Source: Pseudomonadales bacterium
Lineage (GTDB): Bacteria > Pseudomonadota > Gammaproteobacteria > Pseudomonadales > Pseudohongiellaceae
Direction of reading: 5' to 3'
DNA: 64,000 nucleotides
Assembly: GCA_022827425.1 (NCBI GenBank)
Contig: JAJDSZ010000038.1
Span: 32,779-96,778 of the forward strand
Part shown: piece by piece, positions 1-13,292 of the stretch
Position numbering within the stretch: the first letter of the stretch is position 1
Layout: the number at the start of each line of letters is the position of its first letter
Position numbers and translations under genes: made by a program
Notes under the pieces: model-generated
Told to the model about the DNA's origin: nothing
Database searches by the model: none
Seen by the model: the letters and a program-made list of their open reading frames with translations, nothing else

Positions 1-780
1 CAGCATCTCGAGGACCAGGCTTTCGGCATCGCCAATCTGTTCGCCGATGCGGAGGCCGAACCGGAAGCCGGAGACGCATTGCCGCCCAGCGCCGCGGAAG
101 TCCGGGTGGACACGCGCGCCGCGCTGGAAGCCGAACGCGAATGCCTCGGCTACTATCTCACCGCGCATCCCATGGACGAATACTGGCCCGAACTGGAGCA
201 ATTCGCGCCCAAGCGCCTGGGAGACGCCAAAGCCTCGCGCGCGAACCAGCAGTTCGCCGGCATGCTCGCCGATATCCGCGTGCGCAAACGCGACCGGGGC
301 GATATGGCGATCATGGTGCTCGACGACGGCGCCAGCAGGCTCGAGGCGGTCATGTACGACCCGGAATTCGGCCAGGTCCGGGACCGCCTGAAAAAACACG
401 GCGTATACATTTTCGAGGGCAAGGTTTCCAAAGACGATTTCAGCGGTGGTGTGCGCCTGCAGGCGAGAAAGGCGATGACCCTCGCCGAGGCCAGAGCGAG
501 ACATGCCCGCAGCCTCTTCCTGATCCTGGTGGACGGCGCGCTGCCGGGGGATTTCAGCCGCCAGCTCGCGGACTTGCTGGGGCCTTACCGGAGCAATGGC
601 GAGAACGGCCATGGCGAGGCCCGCTGCAAGGTGCTCGTCGATTACCGTCGCGGCGACTTGCGGGGGTGTATAATGCTCGGTCCCGACTGGGCGGTGGCGC
701 CGGAGGAAGAGCTCGTCCGCAGCCTGCGCGCGGAATTCGGCCTCGAACGGGTCAAACTCCAGTATCAGGCCCGATCATGA
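1..780 (+). CDS. dnaE: DNA polymerase III alpha subunit, C-terminal fragment (5' end lies outside the window)
   Basis: Frame 1 is open from base 1 to the TGA at 778-780. The text ...LGYYLTAHPMDEY...VYIFEGKVSKDDFSGGVRLQARK resembles a DnaE C-terminal OB/tail region. It lies directly upstream of accA-tilS, as in Pseudomonas. Confidence 0.8.
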   Translation, partial: QHLEDQAFGIANLFADAEAEPEAGDALPPSAAEVRVDTRAALEAERECLGYYLTAHPMDEYWPELEQFAPKRLGDAKASRANQQFAGMLADIRVRKRDRGDMAIMVLDDGASRLEAVMYDPEFGQVRDRLKKHGVYIFEGKVSKDDFSGGVRLQARKAMTLAEARARHARSLFLILVDGALPGDFSRQLADLLGPYRSNGENGHGEARCKVLVDYRRGDLRGCIMLGPDWAVAPEEELVRSLRAEFGLERVKLQYQARS

Positions 781-857
781 GCAAAACAAAACCACGCTTT
801 TGTTTTGCGACAATGAAAAATTCCATGAATGGAATTTTTCAGAGAATACCTAGTGTG
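781..857. repeat. Family-2 repeat, 77-bp terminal module (AT-stem hairpin gcaaaacaaaa-ccacgc-ttttgttttgc plus flank)
   Basis: It is the near-identical reverse complement of 23942-24018 and 54324-54400. It starts one base after the dnaE stop. Confidence 0.7.
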
Positions 858-1120
858 TTGTCCCATAAGTTCGCCACATTTCAGAGCGGTCCTGAAGCGT
901 CAATGCAAGGCGCCGGTCGCGGGCAATACCAGGAGTATTGCCAAGGGCGGCAACGCCGCAGTGGCGCTTCAGGACCGCTCCCGAAGGGCGCGGCCCCCGC
1001 GGCGCGTGGCCGCGTTGCGCTCCTTGGCAATGGGGCGGGCCATTACCCGCGGACCGCGCCTAGCCACACACCACGGGGGCCGCGCTGAAATGCGGCGAAC
1101 TTATGGGACAGCACACTAGG
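849..1120. mobile_element. About 270-bp non-coding element with roughly 43-bp terminal inverted repeats (MITE-like or structured RNA)
   Basis: The left end cctagtgtgttgtcccataagttcgccacatttcag matches the reverse complement of the right end ctgaaatgcggcgaacttatgggacagcacactagg. Nested internal inverted repeats are present (gcggtcctgaagcg / cgcttcaggaccgc; ggcaatac / gtattgcc). I see no credible ORF. Confidence 0.55.
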
Positions 1121-1133
1121 AGCCTGATCCGCG

Positions 1134-2087
1134 GTGAATCCCGATTATCTGGAATTTGAACAGCCGATCGCCGAGCTGGAAGGCAAGATCAGCGAGTTGC
1201 GCCTGGTGGGCAGCGACAACGAGATCAATATCAACGAGGAAATCCAGACCCTGCGGCAGAAAAGCCTGCGCCTGACCGAAAAAATCTACGCCAACCTCTC
1301 CCCCTGGCAGATCTGTCAGGTGGCGCGACATCCATTGCGGCCCTACACCCTGGACTACATCGAGCATATCTTCACCGATTTCGATGAATTGCACGGCGAC
1401 CGTCTCTATGCCGACGACCAGGCCATCATCGGCGGCCTGGCGAAGATCGACGGCCGCCCGGTCATGGTGATCGGCCACCAGAAGGGACGCGGCACCCGGG
1501 CCAAGGTCAGGCACAATTTCGGCATGCCCCGGCCGGAGGGCTATCGCAAGGCGCGCCGGCTGGTGGAACTCGCCGAGCGCTACCGGCTGCCGGTGATCTG
1601 CCTGATCGATACCCCCGGCGCCTACCCGGGCATGGATTCGGAAGAGCGCGGCATCAACGAGGCCATCGCGGAGAACATGGCGATGATGTCCCGGGTGCGA
1701 ACGCCATTGATCGCCACGGTCACCGGCGAGGCGAATTCCGGCGGCGCCATCGCCATCGGAGTGAGCGACCAGCTCAATATGCTCCAGTATTCGACCTACA
1801 CGGTCATCACCCCCGAGGGTTGCGCGACGATTCTGTGGAAGTCGGCCGAGTTCGCCTCCGCGGCCGCCGAGGCCATGGGGGTCACCGCCGAGCGGCTCAA
1901 GCAGATCGGCATTGTCGATCACATCATCGCCGAGCCCCTGGGCGGCGCCCATCGCGACGTGGAGCAGGTCGCCGGGAGAATCAAATCGTCCCTGCTTGAC
2001 CAGATCGAGCAATTGACGGCGATGGAGGTGGATGATTTGATTGAGCGGCGATACCGGCGGCTGATGAGCTACGGGATCAGTAGCTGA
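1134..2087 (+). CDS. accA: Acetyl-CoA carboxylase carboxyltransferase alpha subunit
   Basis: 317 aa with a GTG start. The N-terminus [19 protein letters not shown] and the core are typical of AccA. Synteny is dnaE-accA-tilS. Confidence 0.95.
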   Translation: MNPDYLEFEQPIAELEGKISELRLVGSDNEININEEIQTLRQKSLRLTEKIYANLSPWQICQVARHPLRPYTLDYIEHIFTDFDELHGDRLYADDQAIIGGLAKIDGRPVMVIGHQKGRGTRAKVRHNFGMPRPEGYRKARRLVELAERYRLPVICLIDTPGAYPGMDSEERGINEAIAENMAMMSRVRTPLIATVTGEANSGGAIAIGVSDQLNMLQYSTYTVITPEGCATILWKSAEFASAAAEAMGVTAERLKQIGIVDHIIAEPLGGAHRDVEQVAGRIKSSLLDQIEQLTAMEVDDLIERRYRRLMSYGISS

Positions 2088-2135
2088 TTGGGGAATAAAC
2101 TGTCTTTCTGTATGTGGCGAAGCCTCCCGCAAACT

Positions 2136-2161
2136 GTCATTCCGCGCGAAGTCGCGGAATC
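2136..2161. repeat. Family-1 REP-like hairpin (gtcATTCCGCG-cgaagt-CGCGGAATc)
   Basis: Palindrome with the same arms as at 7845-7893, 34371-34408, 49488-49556 and 60928-60957. Confidence 0.7.
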
Positions 2162-2170
2162 TTTGTCAGC

Positions 2171-3463
2171 ATGCCTTTGTCCGTGAAAGTGTTCGCAGAA
2201 ATTCCCCCGGATGCTCCCGTGGCGATTGGGTTTAGCGGGGGCATGGATTCGGCGGTTTTGCTGGATCTGGCTTGCGGGGTTTTTTTGGCGCAGGGACGGT
2301 TGCGGGCGCTTCATGTCAATCATGGGTTGCATGATGATGCGGGGAAATGGGAGGTGTTTTGCCGGGAGTTTTGCGCGGAGCGGGGGATTCCCCTGGAAGT
2401 GCTGCGGGTAAAGGTGGCGAAGTCCGGCGCGAGTCTGGAGGGGAGGGCGCGGGAGGCTCGTTATGGGGCATTCGGTGTCGCACTGGAGGCGGGTGAGTTT
2501 CTTTTGCTGGCGCATCATCTGGATGACCAGGTGGAAACGCTGCTGCTGCGGCTGCTGCGGGGCGCGGGGCTGCGGGGGCTGACGGGAATTCCCGAGCGGC
2601 GGGCTCTGGGGCGGGGGACGATCTTCAGGCCCTTGTTGCACTGTGAACGACGGGAATTGGCCGAGTACGCCCGGGAGCGGGGTTTGGGCTGGGTGGAGGA
2701 TGCGTCCAATCGCGATACGGGTTTCAACCGGAATTTCTGCCGCCATGAGATTCTGCCGCTGATAGGGCGGCGCTGGCCCGGCTACCGGCGGGATTGGGAA
2801 AGGTCGCGTCAACTGATCGGGCGGGCGGATGGTCTGCTTGATGAGCTTGCCGGGATCGATCTGGCGCACTGCGCTGCCGATAAAGTCGACTGCCTGCGAG
2901 TCGACAGGCTGCGGCAATTGCGCCGCTCCCGCCTGCATAATGCCCTGCGCTGCTGGATCGAGGGCGGGACCGGCAAGCCCGCGGACCCGGGGAAGCTGCA
3001 ACGATTGCCGGATTGGCTGATCTTGCCGGAGCAGGAAATCAGGGCTGAAATAGAATTCGGCGAACACTTCGTGCGCAAGTACCGCGATGGCCTCTACTTG
3101 CTGCCGCGAATGGCGCCGGTCCAACAGGACTACTCTGTGGAGTGGGATCCGTCCCGGCGGCCGGTGCTGGCGTTGCCCGGCAATGGCAGCCTGCATGCGA
3201 AGCCGGTTTTCGCGGAAGGACTGGCCGGGAAAATCTACCAGGTCCGCTATCGGCAGGGCGGCGAAAGCTGCCGTCTGGCGCGTCGCCCCACCAAGACCCT
3301 GAAGAAAATCCTCAACGAGGCCAGGCTGGCGCCCTGGCTGCGAAACCGCCTGCCATTGCTGTATGACGGCGAAAACATCGCCGCCATTCCCGGCATCGGA
3401 ACCGCCGAATCCGCGCTCGCCGGCGAATCCGCCTACCAAATCGAATGGCGTAATCCGTATTGA
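2171..3463 (+). CDS. tilS: tRNA(Ile)-lysidine synthetase
   Basis: PP-loop motif SGGMDS near the N-terminus, with accA-tilS-pyrG synteny. I chose the ATG at 2171 because the longer ORF start at 2114 reads through the REP hairpin. Confidence 0.9.
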   Translation: MPLSVKVFAEIPPDAPVAIGFSGGMDSAVLLDLACGVFLAQGRLRALHVNHGLHDDAGKWEVFCREFCAERGIPLEVLRVKVAKSGASLEGRAREARYGAFGVALEAGEFLLLAHHLDDQVETLLLRLLRGAGLRGLTGIPERRALGRGTIFRPLLHCERRELAEYARERGLGWVEDASNRDTGFNRNFCRHEILPLIGRRWPGYRRDWERSRQLIGRADGLLDELAGIDLAHCAADKVDCLRVDRLRQLRRSRLHNALRCWIEGGTGKPADPGKLQRLPDWLILPEQEIRAEIEFGEHFVRKYRDGLYLLPRMAPVQQDYSVEWDPSRRPVLALPGNGSLHAKPVFAEGLAGKIYQVRYRQGGESCRLARRPTKTLKKILNEARLAPWLRNRLPLLYDGENIAAIPGIGTAESALAGESAYQIEWRNPY

Positions 3464-3485
3464 GGGCGGCGGAAGCTTCTGGTAG

Positions 3486-5237
<1,752 letters not shown>

Positions 5238-5277
5238 GCCGCGATCCCGGACCCGGTCCCGCGAACCAGGGCCGGCC

Positions 5278-7460
<2,183 letters not shown>

Positions 7461-7521
7461 TCGGGAAGCTTCGCTGTGGATACACCAGAAACTTCCCCGG
7501 TACGGGAAAGCGGGAACCGTC

Positions 7522-7797
7522 ATGAAATTATTGCTTGTCGCTCTGCTGGCGATCGCGTGCTGGCTTCAGTACCAGCTTTGGCTGGGTGAAGACGGCTATC
7601 TCGCCCTGCGGGCCCGGCAGGTGGAAGCCAATGAGCAGCGTGACCATATCGCAACACTGCGGGAAAGCAATCGGCAACTGGAAGTGGAAGCGCTGGATCT
7701 GAAGAATGGCCATGAGGCCATCGAGGAAAGAGCTCGCTCGGAACTCGGCATGATCAGGGAAGGCGAGACTTTCCATATCATCGTGGACCGGGATTGA
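7522..7797 (+). CDS. ftsB: Cell division protein FtsB
   Basis: About 91 aa from the ATG at 7522. It has an N-terminal TM segment followed by a coiled coil (LRARQVEANEQRD...ELGMIREGETFH), and eno-ftsB-ispD synteny. Confidence 0.85.
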   Translation: MKLLLVALLAIACWLQYQLWLGEDGYLALRARQVEANEQRDHIATLRESNRQLEVEALDLKNGHEAIEERARSELGMIREGETFHIIVDRD

Positions 7798-7817
7798 CCG
7801 GGCGTTCCTTGTGAGTC

Positions 7818-7893
7818 GGCAATTCTCATTTTGGCGCTCCAACCTTCCTGTCATTCCGCGCGAAGCGAAGCGGAGTCGCAGAATGACAGGAAG
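7818..7893. repeat. Family-1 composite repeat (leader ggcaattctcatt..., then a 13+ bp-stem hairpin cttcctgtcattc...gaatgacaggaag)
   Basis: It aligns with 56927-56990 and is a long imperfect palindrome. Confidence 0.75.
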
Positions 7894-7927
7894 AGGTTGT
7901 GAGTAACAAGATGAAGACGACTCCCCG

Positions 7928-8629
7928 ATGAACTGCTGGGGCATTCTCCCCGCTGCGGGAAGCGGCGCGCGTTTCGGCTCCGCGGTTCCCAAACAATACC
8001 TGCCGCTCCATGGCCGGGCGGTCCTGTCCTGGTCCCTGGAGGCTCTGCTTGCCGCTCCCGTCAAGGCGCTGGCGGTTGCCCTCGGCCCGGATGACAGCCA
8101 TTGGCCCGCCCTGGGCTGGGATCAGGATTCCCGGATCATCGCCTGCCCGGGCGGCGCCCGGCGGCAGCAGTCCGTGCTCGGCGCATTGCGGACGCTGGAG
8201 GATCGCGCCCGGAGTGACGACTGGATGCTGGTTCACGATGCGGTGCGGCCCTGCGTGCGCAGCGATGATATCCTGCGGCTGATTCGGGAAACCGGCGCGG
8301 CGGGCGCCGACGGCGGCCTGCTTGGCTGGCCCGCGGACAATGCCCTCAAGCGCGTGGCCGCCGATGGCGTCGTGCGGGACAATGTGTCGCGGCGGGATTG
8401 CTGGAATGCGGCGACGCCACAGATGTTCCGCTTTGGCGTTTTGCGCGACGCCTTGCGCCGGGCGGAAGCCGAACAGCGGTCGCACCCGGACGAATCGGCG
8501 GCGGTCATGGCCGCCGGAGGCAGTGTGGTCATGGTTCCCTGCGCCAGGGACAATATCAAGATCACCCGCGAGCCGGACCTGCAACTGGCCGCTGCGATTC
8601 TTGCCGCCCGCCGGGAAAATTCAGCATGA
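7928..8629 (+). CDS. ispD: 2-C-methyl-D-erythritol 4-phosphate cytidylyltransferase
   Basis: Motif PAAGSGARFG. It overlaps the ispF start by 4 nt (ATGA). Confidence 0.9.
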   Translation: MNCWGILPAAGSGARFGSAVPKQYLPLHGRAVLSWSLEALLAAPVKALAVALGPDDSHWPALGWDQDSRIIACPGGARRQQSVLGALRTLEDRARSDDWMLVHDAVRPCVRSDDILRLIRETGAAGADGGLLGWPADNALKRVAADGVVRDNVSRRDCWNAATPQMFRFGVLRDALRRAEAEQRSHPDESAAVMAAGGSVVMVPCARDNIKITREPDLQLAAAILAARRENSA

Positions 8630-9156
8630 GCCATCCAGACCCCCGCCAACTCCGCATCGGACACGGTTTCGACGCGCATCGCTTTGCGCCGGATTTCGAT
8701 CCCGCCAGTCCGCTGGTGATTGCCGGCGTGACCCTGCCCGCGAAGCGCAGCCTGCTGGCGCACTCCGATGGCGATCTGGTGCTGCACGCCCTTGCCGACG
8801 CCGTGCTCGGCGCCGCCGCGGCGGGCGACATCGGCGGGCTTTTTCCCGACAGCGACGCCAGCATCGCCGGAATTTCCAGCAGCGTGATTCTGGACGCGGC
8901 GCTCGAAGCCGCGGCGGCGAAAGGCTTGCGCCTGATCAATCTCGACCTCACCGTGGTGGCCCAGGTTCCGAAACTTTCGCCTTTTGCCGAGGAGATGCGG
9001 GAGAGCCTCGCCGGGCTGACGGGCCTGCCCCGGGATTGCATCAATCTCAAGGCCACCACCACCGAAGGCATGGGCTGGCTCGGCCGGGAGGAGGGCATGG
9101 CCTGCCATGCGGTGGTGCTGCTCGGCGCCTCCGGCGCAGGCTCTCGGGCCGGCTGA
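8626..9156 (+). CDS. ispF: 2-C-methyl-D-erythritol 2,4-cyclodiphosphate synthase
   Basis: ATG at 8626 with the motif RIGHGFDAHRF. Confidence 0.93.
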   Translation: MSHPDPRQLRIGHGFDAHRFAPDFDPASPLVIAGVTLPAKRSLLAHSDGDLVLHALADAVLGAAAAGDIGGLFPDSDASIAGISSSVILDAALEAAAAKGLRLINLDLTVVAQVPKLSPFAEEMRESLAGLTGLPRDCINLKATTTEGMGWLGREEGMACHAVVLLGASGAGSRAG

Positions 9157-10323
9157 ATGAACCACGGCCGCCACTGGGAACAGCTCGCCCGCCTGCTTCC
9201 GCAGCCGGAAAATCACGCAAGGCTCAAGTCCCGCCCCGCTGACTTCCGGGTGCGGGAAGAACTCGGCTTCGCCCCCGGCGGAAGCGGCGAGCATTTATGT
9301 GTGGAAGTGGAAAAAACCGGGCTGACGACCAGCGAAGCCGCCCGCCGGCTGCTGGCCGCCTGCAATCTCGACCGAGCCGACATCGGCTACGCCGGCATGA
9401 AGGACCGTCGCGCCCTCACCACCCAGTGGTTCAGCCTGCGGCTCCCGGAATCGAAAGTTTCCCGGTTGCAGAGCGCCGAGGACGACAGCCTGCGGATTCT
9501 GCGATCAGGGCGCAATCACCGCAAGATTCGCATCGGCAGCCACCACTGCAATCATTTCGAGATTCTGCTGCGGGATTTTCGCGGCAGCCGGGAAGACCTG
9601 GAAAGCCGGCTGGAAACCCTGGCGGGGCAGGGGGCGCCCAATTACTTCGGCCCCCAGCGTTTCGGGCGGCTGGCGGGCAATCTGGAGCGGGTGGAGCTTG
9701 CCGCGCGGCCCGGCGCGCCCCGGCCGGGGCGAAGCGGGCGCGGCAGGCTGTATTCCGCCGCCAGGGCCATGCTGTTCAACGAAGTGCTCTCCCTGCGGCT
9801 CGCCCAGGGCAACTGGAGCGCCATGCTGCCCGGCGATGTGCTGGCCCTCGATGGCTCAGGCCGCCTGTTCCTGCCGGAGGAAGGGGCATCGTCTCGCGAT
9901 GCGCCTCCACCGGGGAGATTCTGCGACTGCGCGCAGAATCTCCCCGGGCAGCCTCCACAAGGAGATACCGCGACTACGCGCGGTACGACCGCATCAAGGC
10001 TCGCCACACTGGACATCCACATCACCGGGCCATTGCCCGGAGCGAATTTTCCGCAACACAGATATGCAACTCGCGGCGAGGCTGCCGATATGGAAAATGC
10101 GGCGCTTGAAAAACATCCGGCGATACTCGATTGGCTGCGCCGGGAAAAAGTCGAGGCCGGTCGCCGCCCCCTGCGACTGGCGCCGCGGAATCTGCGCTGG
10201 AGCTGGACCCGCGAGGGATTGTGGTTATGCTTCGCCCTTGCGCGGGGCGCCTACGCCACGAGTTTGATCAGGGAGCTTTGCATCACCGATGGAAGCGAAC
10301 ACAAAACCGAAACCGAATCTTGA
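9157..10323 (+). CDS. truD: tRNA pseudouridine(13) synthase TruD, carrying an in-frame repeat-derived insert
   Basis: 388 aa with ispF-truD-pcm synteny. TruD-like text includes GYAGMKDRRALTTQWFS and NYFGPQRFG. The extra segment is at 9910-9986. Confidence 0.85.
   Translation: MNHGRHWEQLARLLPQPENHARLKSRPADFRVREELGFAPGGSGEHLCVEVEKTGLTTSEAARRLLAACNLDRADIGYAGMKDRRALTTQWFSLRLPESKVSRLQSAEDDSLRILRSGRNHRKIRIGSHHCNHFEILLRDFRGSREDLESRLETLAGQGAPNYFGPQRFGRLAGNLERVELAARPGAPRPGRSGRGRLYSAARAMLFNEVLSLRLAQGNWSAMLPGDVLALDGSGRLFLPEEGASSRDAPPPGRFCDCAQNLPGQPPQGDTATTRGTTASRLATLDIHITGPLPGANFPQHRYATRGEAADMENAALEKHPAILDWLRREKVEAGRRPLRLAPRNLRWSWTREGLWLCFALARGAYATSLIRELCITDGSEHKTETES
9910..9986. repeat. Family-1 REP doublet inside the truD reading frame
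   Basis: A perfect 16-6-16 palindrome ccggggagattctgcg-actgcg-cgcagaatctccccgg lies at 9910-9947. A second hairpin ataccgcg-actacg-cgcggta lies at about 9964-9986. The arms match those of the intergenic family-1 copies. Confidence 0.75.
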
Positions 10324-10333
10324 CGGCATCGGC

Positions 10334-10972
10334 ATGACTTCACGCCGCACCCGCGAACGACTGGTCGCCGGCCTGGAGAAAAAAGGCATCCGCAATTCCG
10401 CGGTGCTCGACGTCATGCGCGCCACGCCCCGGCATATCTTTATCGAAGAGGCTTTTTCCCACCTCGCCTATGAGGATCGGCCGGTCAACATCGGCTACAA
10501 GCAGACGATTTCCCAGCCCTATGTGGTGGCGCGAATGACCGAAGCCCTGCTTGCGGCGGGCCGCCCGGAACGGGTGCTGGAAATCGGCAGCGGCTGCGGC
10601 TATCAGACCGCGATCATCGCCCCCCTGGCCGGGGAGGTTTTCAGCATCGAGCGCATCAAGCCCCTGCATGATATGGCGGTGGCCAATCTGCGGCTGCTAG
10701 GGATCGGCAACGTCAAGCTGATCCACGGCGACGGCAGTCTCGGCCACGTTGAACAAAGCCCTTATGACGCGATCATAGTCACCGCGGCGCCGCTTGGCGT
10801 GCCCCGGGAGTTGCTCGGGCAACTCGCCGAAGGCGGGCGCATGGTGATTCCCGTGGGCGGCCCGGCGGGGCAGGAACTGCGGCTGATCACCCGCCGCGGA
10901 GACCAGTACCTCAACCGGATGCTCGATCACGTCAGGTTTGTGCCGCTGCTCAAGGGGCAGCCGCGCTTCTGA
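10334..10972 (+). CDS. pcm: Protein-L-isoaspartate O-methyltransferase
   Basis: Motifs ISQPYVVARMTE and LEIGSGCGYQTA. The ATG at 10334 gives the typical MTSRRTRERL start. The longer ORF begins at 10289. Confidence 0.9.
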   Translation: MTSRRTRERLVAGLEKKGIRNSAVLDVMRATPRHIFIEEAFSHLAYEDRPVNIGYKQTISQPYVVARMTEALLAAGRPERVLEIGSGCGYQTAIIAPLAGEVFSIERIKPLHDMAVANLRLLGIGNVKLIHGDGSLGHVEQSPYDAIIVTAAPLGVPRELLGQLAEGGRMVIPVGGPAGQELRLITRRGDQYLNRMLDHVRFVPLLKGQPRF

Positions 10973-10982
10973 ATCCACCGCC

Positions 10983-11912
10983 ATGGATAAGCCTTCCGCA
11001 AACCTTGCTGGCCATGTGCTCGTCTATCTGAAGGGAATCGCCATGGGGGTCAGCGATTCGGTGCCAGGCGTTTCCGGCGGTACCATCGCGGTAATCGCCA
11101 ATATCTATGATCGCCTCATCTACGCCATTCGCGCCATGGACGGCGAGGCTCTGGACCTGCTCTTGCATGGCCGGCTGTCGGCTTGCTGGCGCCAGGTGGA
11201 CGGCGCCTTCCTGCTGCCGCTCGGCCTCGGCATGGCCAGCGGCCTATTGCTCAGCGCCAATCTCATCCTGATCCTGATCGAAAACTGGCCGGAGCCCCTG
11301 CGGGCTTTCTTTATCGGCCTGATTGCCGCGGCGGTCTGGCTGCTGCGAAGGGAAGCCGAATTCCCGCGCTGGCGCAGCTGGATTCTCGGTTTGGCTGGCG
11401 CGGCGCTGGTTCTGGCGATTTCCGCAGGCGCTCCCGCCGGAGGCGAGCCTTCCATCGCATATCTTTTCCTGTGCGGCATGATCGCTATCAGCGCCATGCT
11501 GCTGCCGGGGCTTTCCGGCGCCTTCATCCTGCTGCTGCTCGGCGCCTATGAGTACATGCTCGGCGCGCTGGCCAGCCTGGATTTGCCGCCACTGCTGATC
11601 TTCCTTGCCGGTTGCGCACTGGGTGTGCTGCTGATGTCGCGGATAGTCGCCCGGCTATTGCGCGCAAGGCACAGCCAGACCTACGCCTTCATCTGCGGAT
11701 TGCTGGCAGGCTCGGTTCCCGCCCTCTGGCCCTGGCAGACAGTCGGCCAGCCGGAGGAACCCGGGAGCCTTATCGCCAATGAAGCCGTCTGGCCCGGCAT
11801 CTACGCCGAACTCGCCGGACGCGACCCCATGCTGCTTTTCTGCTTTTTGGCTTTGGCAGCGGGTCTAGGCCTGACTCTTCTCGCCCGCCGCGACCCGGTC
11901 GAGCAGGGGTAG
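10983..11912 (+). CDS. DUF368-family integral membrane protein
   Basis: The multi-TM text GIAMGVSDSVPGVSGGTIAVIANIYDRLI and LLPGLSGAFILLLLG is typical of DUF368. Confidence 0.75.
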   Translation: MDKPSANLAGHVLVYLKGIAMGVSDSVPGVSGGTIAVIANIYDRLIYAIRAMDGEALDLLLHGRLSACWRQVDGAFLLPLGLGMASGLLLSANLILILIENWPEPLRAFFIGLIAAAVWLLRREAEFPRWRSWILGLAGAALVLAISAGAPAGGEPSIAYLFLCGMIAISAMLLPGLSGAFILLLLGAYEYMLGALASLDLPPLLIFLAGCALGVLLMSRIVARLLRARHSQTYAFICGLLAGSVPALWPWQTVGQPEEPGSLIANEAVWPGIYAELAGRDPMLLFCFLALAAGLGLTLLARRDPVEQG

Positions 11913-13127
11913 CAGATAGTCCAGGAAGCGTTCGGGATTTTCCGTCATGGGGAAATGTCCCATGCCTTCCATCAACTGCCAGGTGGAGCCGGCAATGGCT
12001 TCATGGGCCGCCTTGCCGAGTTCCGGGCTGCCGCTGTAGTCGTATTCGCCCGAGAGGATGTGCACCGGTATCCTGTCGGTATCGATTTCCCCGGCCCGGG
12101 CCCTGAGGTCGAATTCGGCGGCGTAGTAGTGCAGGTCGCCGATAAACGCCGGCGGCCAGCCCGATGCGTACACATAGGCGGTTTCCTTGCGGTAGGCCGC
12201 GGGGGCGTGGGGCGCTGTCAGGCTTTCCATCAGCAGGCCCTTGTATTCGTTGCCGACCGCCGGATGCCACAGGCCGGGAATGTCGCCGGTATCGTCGATG
12301 CGCAGGGCGCCTTCCAGGGAGATCACCGCCAGGAAGCGGTCGGGATGATGCAGGGCCAGATCGAGGGCGAGCAGGCCGCCCACCGAGCAGCCCATGAATA
12401 CCGGATTTTCCAGCTCCAGGGCCTCGCTGAGCGCCAGGGGAACCTGCCGCAGGAATTCTCCCGTCAGGCGGTAATTCTCGCTCCACCAGTTGCGCAGGGG
12501 CGGCGGCATGGACTTGCCGTGGAATGGCAGGTCGTAGGCGATCAGGCGAAAGCGGCTGGTAATCTCGGGATACTCGAACAGATGCCGCCACTGGCTGCCG
12601 TGGGCGCCGGCGGTGTGCTGCAGCAGCAGGGGAATGCCCTGGCCGGCTTCCTCGAAGTAGATGCGGTAGTCGTGGCCGTCGAGGTCGAGGTGGACGTAGC
12701 GGCCCTGTGGCGCATCGAATGCGCCCGGCGCCGCGGCCTCTTCGCGCATGGAGTCCGCTGTGGCGCTATCCGGGCGCAGCAGTTCGATGGCGCGTTTGGC
12801 GGCGCCGTAGTATTGCGCGTGCAGCACCGGGTCCGCATCGACTCGCAGCCCCAGGGCGATGGCCGGGGCGATGTCGTTGAAAAACGGCGGCGGCGTCGCC
12901 GCCAGCAGATTGTTCCAGAGCGTTTCCGGGGCGGAATAGCGAATCAGGCCCGCCGTCTCCGCGGGAGTTCCCGCCTCCACCGCGCCATCGTTCATGCGCA
13001 GGGCCAGCGATTCATCGCCGATTTCAAGCACGAGTCCCCCGCGCCAGTAGCGCGCGGCCATGCGGAATTCCCCGTCGGCGGCGCAGCGCGCGGCCCATTC
13101 CCCGTTAGTCGGGAGTGATACAGTCAT
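11865..13127 (-). CDS. Alpha/beta-fold hydrolase with an N-terminal SCP2-like extension
   Basis: Nucleophile elbow GCSVGG and an HGK oxyanion region. ATG at 13127 (MTVSLPTNGEW). Confidence 0.75.
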   Translation of the reverse strand: MTVSLPTNGEWAARCAADGEFRMAARYWRGGLVLEIGDESLALRMNDGAVEAGTPAETAGLIRYSAPETLWNNLLAATPPPFFNDIAPAIALGLRVDADPVLHAQYYGAAKRAIELLRPDSATADSMREEAAAPGAFDAPQGRYVHLDLDGHDYRIYFEEAGQGIPLLLQHTAGAHGSQWRHLFEYPEITSRFRLIAYDLPFHGKSMPPPLRNWWSENYRLTGEFLRQVPLALSEALELENPVFMGCSVGGLLALDLALHHPDRFLAVISLEGALRIDDTGDIPGLWHPAVGNEYKGLLMESLTAPHAPAAYRKETAYVYASGWPPAFIGDLHYYAAEFDLRARAGEIDTDRIPVHILSGEYDYSGSPELGKAAHEAIAGSTWQLMEGMGHFPMTENPERFLDYLLPLLDRVAAGEKSQA

Positions 13128-13292
13128 GATGGTGCCCCCGTCCGGCAAAAAGCGCAGTGTACGCCCAAGCAAGCCCAGTGGGCAAACCTTCAGGGAACAG
13201 CGGCTTACGGCAGTCCGATTCCAAGTGCTGCCGGTGATTGCCCTTCAAGTGGAGGGCGGGGTTGACGATAATTGTCATTGATTCCATGAATA

